Shown here: piece after piece, positions 9,878 through 16,705 of the stretch
Layout of the letters: each line of letters begins with the position of its first letter
Position numbering within the stretch: the stretch's first letter is position 1
Assembly: GCA_017457005.1 (NCBI GenBank)
Contig: JAFTII010000020.1
Coordinates: 117-64,116 of the forward strand
Direction of reading: 5' to 3'
DNA length: 64,000 bases
Origin: Alphaproteobacteria bacterium
Lineage (GTDB): Bacteria > Pseudomonadota > Alphaproteobacteria > RF32 > CAG-239
Made by a program: the position numbers and the translations under genes
The notes under the pieces: generated by a model
Databases searched by the model: none
The model's input: the letters and a program-made list of their open reading frames with translations, nothing else
Told to the model about the DNA's origin: nothing

Positions 9878-10204
9878 ATTGAATGAAATTATTTATAAAT
9901 TAGAGATAAAAAGTAGGAAAAGTAAGCGTGAATTACGTCTTCTTTAGCCAATAACAAAAAACACCCCTTACTTTTCCTACTTACGATATATAACAGAATC
10001 GAGAGAAGGCTTGTCTAAAAAACAAGGATGTGCTGCCATGATACACCTCTCTCGTTTCTGTTTTTGAAATATAACTGCCGCTTATAAGCTTAAGCTGCAG
10101 ATAAAATATAGAAGGTTTGGGTTTCCTTCTTAATAAAAATGCAACACCGATCGTTTTGCCATTCAGAACATAGCCACTGTGAAGTGCCTATGTTCTTTTT
10201 TTTT
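9878..10204 (+). ncRNA. candidate structured ncRNA, unit 1 (unknown family)
   Basis: Perfect 15-bp stem 9912-9926/9967-9981. 12-bp stem 9994-10006/10048-10060 with one mismatch. Hairpin 10111-10129. Terminator 10165-10204. No ORF or RBS. The 5' end is inferred from the promoter. Confidence 0.55.
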
Positions 10205-10243
10205 AATTGTTAAACATAAATGTTTGTAATTTTGTTTTTAGAA

Positions 10244-10276
10244 AGCATAAGAGTCGTGAGATTCTTATGCTTTTTG
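10244..10276 (+). terminator. second hairpin plus T-run between the two RNA units
   Basis: Stem agcataaga/tcttatgct, then TTTTT. Confidence 0.45.
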
Positions 10277-10295
10277 ATTTTAGCTCCAAAATACA

Positions 10296-10324
10296 TTGAC
10301 AAAATTCCCAAAATATGATTTATA
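10296..10324 (+). promoter_or_regulatory. promoter of structured RNA unit 2 (TTGACA-N17-TTTATA)
   Basis: Same hexamers and spacing as the promoter at 9843. Confidence 0.5.
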
Positions 10325-10330
10325 AGTTTA

Positions 10331-10712
10331 TAAATTAAAATTTTTATTAAACTATTGTGTGTGTGTCTGACAGAGAAAAATCACGCTTAAATCCTTTACT
10401 TTGCAACATTTTGCATGGTTTTTCTCTGTCTTTGTATAACATTGAACAGAATCGGAATAATGATAAACTTCGTTTACCATCTTTTTTCGTTTCGGTTTCT
10501 CTGGCTTCAATTAACGGGATCATAGCAGTATATCTTTTTTTGTTAGATTTCTGCCTTTAAATTTTGCTATGATTCCGTTGTGAAATATATCTACCGCTCC
10601 TATATGAGCCGTAGAAAGAAACTTCAGAAAGGACAGTTTTGGGTAATCTGCCTTTATCTGATTTACAAGCTCTTAAAGCACGACGGCTGTGAAGTCCTCG
10701 TGCTTTTTTTTT
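10331..10712 (+). ncRNA. candidate structured ncRNA, unit 2 (paralog of unit 1)
   Basis: Perfect 12-bp stem 10369-10380/10419-10430. 15-bp stem 10513-10527/10565-10579 with one G-U pair. Hairpin 10628-10655. Terminator 10677-10712. Shares the words acagaatcg, tttgggt and ctgtgaagt with unit 1, in the same order. Confidence 0.55.
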
Positions 10713-10824
10713 CTTTTAAATATTTTTTCGGAAATTTTGTCATTTTTAGTATTGCACATCGTGTAAAAATGTGCTATATATATAATCCTAAAATATATTG
10801 TTTAACATTATAATTTTTTTTATT

Positions 10825-11196
10825 ATGAAGAATTTTAATAAAGAAGAAGCTCTCGTAAAGTTCAGAAACTATGCAGAGCCAAGAAACATTACGTTGGATG
10901 AAACAACTATTGCTCTTTATAAGGTAGTAATCAAAGGAAAGAGTGCAATTCACGAAGCGGTGAAAGCTATTTCTCCGGAAGGATGGGTTGTAAATGAGAA
11001 GAGTACAGATTCTCAGCGCAAGTTCCATCCGAAAGGTTCAATCATCGTAACTCCTTTCAAGGGAAGTGTTGAGGATATGAAGAAAGCGAAAGCCCGTAAA
11101 CCGGAGTATGTCCCTGCTCTCACAGAAAATCAGGACTTTGATCCTCATTATAACCCTGACAGCGAGTATCCAACTCGTAGAGTATCTTCTTGGTAG
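10825..11196 (+). CDS. hypothetical protein (123 aa)
   Basis: Balanced, charged composition, followed by a terminator. No clear RBS. Start chosen at the first ATG. Confidence 0.45.
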   Translation: MKNFNKEEALVKFRNYAEPRNITLDETTIALYKVVIKGKSAIHEAVKAISPEGWVVNEKSTDSQRKFHPKGSIIVTPFKGSVEDMKKAKARKPEYVPALTENQDFDPHYNPDSEYPTRRVSSW

Positions 11197-11208
11197 AAAA
11201 ACTTTTTT

Positions 11209-11242
11209 AGCTGTGTTGCCTCAAAGGCGCACAGCTTTTTTA
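11209..11242 (+). terminator. intrinsic terminator
   Basis: Stem agctgtg/cacagct with an inner gcc/ggc pairing, then TTTTTT. Confidence 0.65.
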
Positions 11243-11719
11243 TTATCTTCCGGAAGATCCAAAACCTTTTTCGCCACGCTCGGTATCAAGTTTGGCAAAT
11301 TCTTCTGCACTTACTTCTTCAAATTCAGCATGATACGGAAACGGAAGCTCAACTTGAGCTATTTTGTCGCCGGAATGAATGGTATAGCTTTTTCCGCTAC
11401 TTTCAGCATTAGTATTTAATAGTCCGACAACCCACTCTCCCCGATAATCTGTATCAATAATACCGGCAATAGTTATAATTCCGTGTTTAATAGCTAAACC
11501 GCTACGAGAGTTTATTCTAAACCAAAGCGGAGACTGAGCAGCAACCTTAATTCCGGTAGGAATGCCTACGTGTTCTCCCGGTGCAATAGTTATGGGGTCT
11601 TTTATTGCGGCACAAATATCAAAGCAAGCTGCAGAATCGGTTGCGTAAGTCAGATTATTTGCGTTTTCAATATAATGAGGAAGTTTGGTATATTTTACTT
11701 TGGTTTTGATTATTTGCAT
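11243..11719 (-). CDS. dut: dUTP diphosphatase
   Basis: dUTPase motifs SRSGLA, GIIDTDYRGE and C-terminal RGEKGFGSSG. Confidence 0.9.
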   Translation of the reverse strand: MQIIKTKVKYTKLPHYIENANNLTYATDSAACFDICAAIKDPITIAPGEHVGIPTGIKVAAQSPLWFRINSRSGLAIKHGIITIAGIIDTDYRGEWVVGLLNTNAESSGKSYTIHSGDKIAQVELPFPYHAEFEEVSAEEFAKLDTERGEKGFGSSGR

Positions 11720-11883
11720 TTTTATTACCTTCGTGTTTTGATATTGTTCTTTGTTATTGTTGGATAGAATCTAAATTTTTTCAGATACTCCGAATTATCC
11801 GGAGGATGACAAAATGGTACTAAGGATAGCAAAATAGTAAAAATAGGAGGATATTTTTATATATCCCCCTATAATTAATAGAA

Positions 11884-12672
11884 TTAAACTGCTACAGCGC
11901 CTTTGAGTGTTCCGTGGCACTGATAGTCAACCAGCTCAAAGTCCTCATACTTGAAGTCAAAAATATCTTTTACTTCAGGATTAATTCTCATTTGCGGCAA
12001 TGGGAACGGCTCACGCTCAAGCTGAGTTTTGACCTGTTCAAAGTGATTGCTGTAGATATGAGCATTACCGAGAGTATGAACAAACTCTCCGGCTTTGAGT
12101 CCTGTAACCTGAGCTATCATCATGGTCAGAAGTGAGTAAGAGGCGATATTAAACGGTACGCCTAAAAACATATCACAACTACGCTGATAAAGCTGACAAT
12201 TCAGGTAGCCATCCGGAGTAACATCAAACTGAAAAAACGCATGACACGGAGGCAATGCCATTTCTTCAATTTGTGCCGGATTCCAAGCAGTAACAATCAA
12301 GCGGCGATCTTGCGGATTGGTTTTGATACGTTCAATAACGTCTTTAATCTGATCAATCCCCTGCCCGTTAAAATTACGCCATTGTGCGCCATAAACCGGA
12401 CCTAAATTGCCGTTTTCATCCGCCCATTCATCCCAGATATGGACATTGTTATCAGTCAGATACTTGATATTGGTATTACCGGAAAGAAGCCATATCAGCT
12501 CATGGATAATACCTTTCAAAAACACTTTTTTGGTGGTAACAAGTGGAAAACCTTTCCTTAAATCAAAATGCATCTGACGACCGAAAACTTTGCGTGCATA
12601 GATACCGGTACGATTATCAGCATCTTGTCCGTTGTCCATAATGTCTTGCAGAATGTCTAAATACTGTTTCAT
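11884..12672 (-). CDS. thyA: thymidylate synthase (ThyA type)
   Basis: MKQYLD...RTG....[15 protein letters not shown], active-site [18 protein letters not shown]. Confidence 0.95.
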   Translation of the reverse strand: MKQYLDILQDIMDNGQDADNRTGIYARKVFGRQMHFDLRKGFPLVTTKKVFLKGIIHELIWLLSGNTNIKYLTDNNVHIWDEWADENGNLGPVYGAQWRNFNGQGIDQIKDVIERIKTNPQDRRLIVTAWNPAQIEEMALPPCHAFFQFDVTPDGYLNCQLYQRSCDMFLGVPFNIASYSLLTMMIAQVTGLKAGEFVHTLGNAHIYSNHFEQVKTQLEREPFPLPQMRINPEVKDIFDFKYEDFELVDYQCHGTLKGAVAV

Positions 12673-12683
12673 AATTTGTCTCT

Positions 12684-13253
12684 TTAATGGTTAATACTAA
12701 TTATCTTAATAAGTTTTTTTAAAACTTCTTGCTCTATAAAATCCCCTTTTTTTATCCAAATCGAGGTCAAAACATTTTCCTGTTCGTAGTCCGGGCTGAC
12801 TTTTTGATAGAGTTTTTGCATTATTTCACCACAAGGGGTAATATTTATTTTTTGCCCTTCTAAATTATCTATATCCCCCATATAGCAACTATCAACAATA
12901 ACATCGGGCATAAGTTTGTTACCGGAAGTCATAAACAACTTATAGATTGTTGCACCGCCACAAATATATAAATCTTGCTCAAAATCCTTGAAATCGGCAA
13001 TATTATTATGCACAAAATGCTTAGCATTATCACTGACCTCATAATCAGAGTTCAGAGTTAAGATATGAATATTGCGATTAGGTAAAGTGCGGTTGGGAAA
13101 ACTTTCATAAGTCTTCTCGCCGACAACTAAATTTTCGCTTTCGGTAATTTTGCGAAAACGCTTGAAATCTGATGATATATGCCAAGGAATTTTGGCACCG
13201 ATTCCGATAATATTATCTTCATTATGTCTGCACCAGACAGCAATTTTGGTCAT
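12684..13253 (-). CDS. folA: dihydrofolate reductase
   Basis: [47 protein letters not shown]. Directly downstream of thyA. Confidence 0.85.
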   Translation of the reverse strand: MTKIAVWCRHNEDNIIGIGAKIPWHISSDFKRFRKITESENLVVGEKTYESFPNRTLPNRNIHILTLNSDYEVSDNAKHFVHNNIADFKDFEQDLYICGGATIYKLFMTSGNKLMPDVIVDSCYMGDIDNLEGQKINITPCGEIMQKLYQKVSPDYEQENVLTSIWIKKGDFIEQEVLKKLIKIISINH

Positions 13254-13306
13254 ATTAGTTTCGGCTCCTGATTAATTTGTTGTCTGAATTATAATCTTAA
13301 ATACTC

Positions 13307-13347
13307 AAAAAGCAACAAGCTGTGGAACTTTCCACAGCTTGTTTGCT
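13307..13347 (-). terminator. intrinsic terminator (perfect 16-bp hairpin)
   Basis: agcaacaagctgtgga/tccacagcttgtttgct with a T-run on the minus strand. Overlaps the stop codon of the 165-aa ORF. Confidence 0.7.
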
Positions 13348-13843
13348 AAAGTCCGAATCTATACCGTATCTCTTCTGTTGCGTAATAATCTACATAACAA
13401 AGGACGAGATGATATAAATTTGCATCAGCACTGTTTTCTCCATTCTCTTCCATACGAATTGCATAATAATCGCGCAGTCTTTTGATATCATGCCACATTT
13501 CATTTTTACAAAAATAATCTAAGGCTTCTTGACCTCGCAGTGCAAAAGCAAGATATGGATTTGTAGCTCGCTTATGTAGTCCATTTGCTGATAAGCGCCA
13601 CACTTCGTTGCCAGATTTTCTGAATATTTCAAGAGCCTCTGCAGTCCAGTTACTAATATGCCTAACACACTGCTTTAGAATAATATCATTACATACCATT
13701 ACGGCAGCAACGGGGGCTGTAACAGTACAACCTGCATCTAAAGCTTTAGTCAATGTGGTTTCTTGGCCAAAATTTGGCATACTTAAAATTGTCAGAAGAA
13801 CTTTTTCCTGATCTTCAAGAGATAATATTTCGTTAAATTTCAT
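13346..13843 (-). CDS. hypothetical protein (165 aa)
   Basis: Intact ORF with its own terminator. No recognisable motif. Confidence 0.55.
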   Translation of the reverse strand: MKFNEILSLEDQEKVLLTILSMPNFGQETTLTKALDAGCTVTAPVAAVMVCNDIILKQCVRHISNWTAEALEIFRKSGNEVWRLSANGLHKRATNPYLAFALRGQEALDYFCKNEMWHDIKRLRDYYAIRMEENGENSADANLYHLVLCYVDYYATEEIRYRFGL

Positions 13844-13924
13844 AATATATAAAATTAGATGATTAATAATTTTTAATTGAATTTAAAATACACAAAAATT
13901 CATTTTTGTAAAGCATTTTCACAC

Positions 13925-13952
13925 TTGCAATTAAGAATAAACATCATATAAT
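13925..13952 (+). promoter_or_regulatory. promoter TTGCAA-N16-TATAAT
   Basis: Read directly. The extended -35 TTCACACTTGCAA is shared with the ssrA promoter. Confidence 0.4.
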
Positions 13953-13982
13953 TTTACTAAATTTTAGAGGGAATTTAGAATA

Positions 13983-14456
13983 ATGAGAAAAAGTATTCTA
14001 TATTTTTTATTATGTTTTTTGTTTTGCTACAGCACAAAAGCCGAAGAAAGAATTTATAATCCTGAAACTAAAGATATTGTAACAGAATGTACAGGAGAAA
14101 ATTACGCATTATCCAATAATAAAGCTGAGAATATTATTGCTAGTTGTACTACAATATCTAATTTAGCAAAAAACAACTTTAGTGATTATGAAAATCATAA
14201 ACAAATGCAAAACATTAATTTGTGCTTAAAAAATGAGATTAAAAACTATATGCGACAAATTTTTACTCATGAGTATTATCTTGAAGCTGAAAAACATTTA
14301 GAATTATCACTAAATAATATAGAAAATTTTTACAACAACATTTTTACTAACAATAAATTTGTATCAGAAGCAGGAAGCTTAGACTTGTTGAGAATTGATA
14401 CTGCCATAAACTCTTTTTTAATTAAGGCATTAAAATCAGTATTAGAAGAATGTTAA
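13983..14456 (+). CDS. secreted/periplasmic protein (157 aa), candidate immunity partner
   Basis: Sec-type signal peptide MRKSILYFLLCFLFCYSTKAEE. Convergent with the MuF/lysozyme-like gene across a 6-nt gap. Confidence 0.55.
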   Translation: MRKSILYFLLCFLFCYSTKAEERIYNPETKDIVTECTGENYALSNNKAENIIASCTTISNLAKNNFSDYENHKQMQNINLCLKNEIKNYMRQIFTHEYYLEAEKHLELSLNNIENFYNNIFTNNKFVSEAGSLDLLRIDTAINSFLIKALKSVLEEC

Positions 14457-14462
14457 ACCTAA

Positions 14463-15476
14463 TTAATTTAAACTATTAATTGCTTTTAAGCATTCTTTAG
14501 GATACCTGTTTAATATATTATTTTTATTTGCAATATCTAATTTTGATACATACAACATACGTTGTTGGTAAAGAGATGTTATTAAATCTTCATCAGATAT
14601 TTTACTAACATCACCTTTCCAAGCATTACGAACAATTGTGGATGCTTTTCCATGTTGTACTGCTACTGAATACAATACGTCTTTTATAACCGGATGACGC
14701 TTTTCTAAATTAAGCCCTTTAATATCACTTATTTTAGCCAACAAAGGTTTTAGTTTTTTCTCAACTATAAAATCTGTCTGTGATTGATTAAAGTTAGGAT
14801 TTTTAGAGTTTGATTTCCATATATTTTCAAATTCATCAGTTTTAAGTTTGGCGGCATTCTCCCCTCCTGCTTTTATTAATTGATTTGCAAAATTTGTATA
14901 TTGAGGTGTGTTTTCTAAGAAACTAATATAGTCTTTCATTGTTCCTTTTTTGGTTTCTATTTGATATTTTCCATAACTATATCCTCCTGTTTTATCATAA
15001 CCTATTGCTGAAGGATTTCCATTAGATTCAAATTCTTCGCTTAATGAACCTAATTTATATCTATAATGCTTATCCATATATCTCTCCAGAGAGAATTCCT
15101 CTGCCGTACAACGGCAATTATAATCTTCTCCGGGGTGTCCTCCGGATGGTGGCTCATCCCATGCAAAAATTTCTCCATCTCGTTGGGCATGTTCTTCCCT
15201 TACCAAGTCATCCCCTTCTGTACGCCAAATATAGTAATTTTGCGGATTATCTTTCGCTTCCTCTAACATAATTTCTTGCAAATAAGGATTTGGAGTATCC
15301 GGACAGTCAACATCTATAGTTCTAACTTTAGTATCTGCTACAAAATCATCATCACGACCACGCGGATCAATATAGTACCACCGACTTTCTCCTTTTTGAG
15401 GATTTAATCGTTCCAACGGCATTCTTCCTCGCATTTTCAGTTCTAATTCTTCTCTTAAGCTTAAATCTTTTTTCAT
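14463..15476 (-). CDS. phage Mu F (SPP1 gp7)-like domain fused to a lysozyme/chitosanase-like C-terminal domain
   Basis: MuF C-terminal signature YIWRTEGDDLVREEHAQRDGEIF...PGEDYNCRC. The C-terminal half (SEEFESNGNPSAIGYDKTGGYSYGKYQI..G.....FL) resembles, from memory, VgrG3-type peptidoglycan-hydrolase domains. Confidence 0.6.
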   Translation of the reverse strand: MKKDLSLREELELKMRGRMPLERLNPQKGESRWYYIDPRGRDDDFVADTKVRTIDVDCPDTPNPYLQEIMLEEAKDNPQNYYIWRTEGDDLVREEHAQRDGEIFAWDEPPSGGHPGEDYNCRCTAEEFSLERYMDKHYRYKLGSLSEEFESNGNPSAIGYDKTGGYSYGKYQIETKKGTMKDYISFLENTPQYTNFANQLIKAGGENAAKLKTDEFENIWKSNSKNPNFNQSQTDFIVEKKLKPLLAKISDIKGLNLEKRHPVIKDVLYSVAVQHGKASTIVRNAWKGDVSKISDEDLITSLYQQRMLYVSKLDIANKNNILNRYPKECLKAINSLN

Positions 15477-15566
15477 TAAAACCTCCTTAAATCGTATTTT
15501 ATTTACTCAATATATACGAAAAACGTATTTAAAGTCAATACCGGTAAATATATTTTCATTTCACAC

Positions 15567-15595
15567 TTGCAAAACTGCCTGATTGCAGTTATATT
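15567..15595 (+). promoter_or_regulatory. ssrA promoter TTGCAA-N17-TATATT
   Basis: Read directly, about 7 nt upstream of the inferred precursor start. Confidence 0.5.
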
Positions 15596-15601
15596 GTAAA
15601 A

Positions 15602-16027
15602 GTTAGAGTTATCTGACTATGACACTAGAGGCTCTATGAAATAGGATATTTGGACCCGGGGGCAGTACCCGGCACCTCCACCAGTGCGAAGTCGCACAGG
15701 CACTATTTAGTTTTTACTCGCTCAACTCACAAGTTCGTTTCGCTGTGATTGCATCTTGTAAACGCTAAGATATTATTTTAAGTTAGTAACTAATGACTTT
15801 ATGGGGGTGACACAGGATTGACAGGTATCAGTAAAGATAGGTATGTCGTGTTCGGTGAGATACCACCGTTATCGGTTCAAATTAAAATGAATGCTAACGA
15901 TAATAACGTAGCACCTGTTGCAATGGCTGCTTAATTGTAGTCGCAACAAACTTAAATTCTTTGAGCTTTGGTTAGCTTAAAGTGAGGCTGTAGGGACTTG
16001 CCTAGCAACAGGAAAGTCCCCCTTTTT
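15602..16027 (+). ncRNA. ssrA: two-piece (circularly permuted) tmRNA precursor
   Basis: The acceptor piece ends ...CCGGG-GGCAGTA-CCCGG-CACCTCC-A-CCA at 15683. The coding piece starts GGGGGTGA at 15803 and pairs with CACCTCC, including a G3-U70 wobble. Tag reading frame gct aac gat aat aac gta gca cct gtt gca atg gct gct taa = ANDNNVAPVAMAA. Terminal hairpin 15993-16020 plus T-run. Confidence 0.85.
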
Positions 16028-16044
16028 AGCTAAGAGGTATTGCG

Positions 16045-16500
16045 ATGAATGAGTTTGAGATAAATTATGATAAATTAGTAGAAAAATCACTCAAAAATGT
16101 GGTAATTGAAGCTTTGAAAATTGCTGCTGAAGAAGGATTACCCGGAGAACACCACTATTATATATCTTTCAAAACCAATCATCCCGTAGCCAGAATATCC
16201 TCACAATTATTGGATCAATATCCGGAAGATATGACTATTGTATTGCAACACCAATTTGCAAACCTTATGCTTGGAGATGCTTATTTTGAAGTTGATCTTA
16301 GTTTTAGCGGAATTCCGCAAACATTGCGTATTCCTTATGATGCAATCACTTATTTTGCAGATCCGCATGCAAAGTTTGCTTTGAGTTTCAGTTATGACAA
16401 TGAGCAATCTGCCGCTATTGATACAGATAATGAACCTCCTGCCGAACCCAAACAAGCTCCGGTAATTTCTTTAGAAGACTACAGAAAAAAACATGCGTAA
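16045..16500 (+). CDS. sspB: ClpXP adaptor SspB (alphaproteobacterial type)
   Basis: LPGEHHYYISF.T..P...I...L...YPEDMTIVLQHQF..L......F.V.LSF.G. Acidic tail. Immediately downstream of ssrA. Confidence 0.8.
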   Translation: MNEFEINYDKLVEKSLKNVVIEALKIAAEEGLPGEHHYYISFKTNHPVARISSQLLDQYPEDMTIVLQHQFANLMLGDAYFEVDLSFSGIPQTLRIPYDAITYFADPHAKFALSFSYDNEQSAAIDTDNEPPAEPKQAPVISLEDYRKKHA

Positions 16501-16705
16501 AATATCTGTAATTATAGCTAATCGTCACTATACCAGCATTTGCTTGGAAGAAGAATTTTTGGAAATTCTCAAACAAATTGCCGAGAAAAAAAACATAAGT
16601 CTAAATGCATTGGTTACAGAAATTGACACCAACCGCACTAAAGATAATTTATCCAGTGCGATTAGAGTTTATATTTTGAATTACATTAAAAATCTTATTG
16701 CATAG
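16493..16705 (+). CDS. ribbon-helix-helix domain protein (RHH_4-like)
   Basis: 70 aa. The ...SI.LEEEF.E.L..IA......N.L...ID.......NLSSAIRVYIL pattern is typical of this small alphaproteobacterial family. Confidence 0.6.
   Translation: MRKISVIIANRHYTSICLEEEFLEILKQIAEKKNISLNALVTEIDTNRTKDNLSSAIRVYILNYIKNLIA

Noticed and set aside
10357-10813. ORF-track entries 10357-10560 (67 aa) and 10580-10813 (77 aa) inside RNA unit 2
   Set aside because: They have non-ATG or weak starts, no RBS, and hydrophobic low-complexity translations. They run straight through long perfect stems and the terminator. The structured-RNA interpretation explains the region better.
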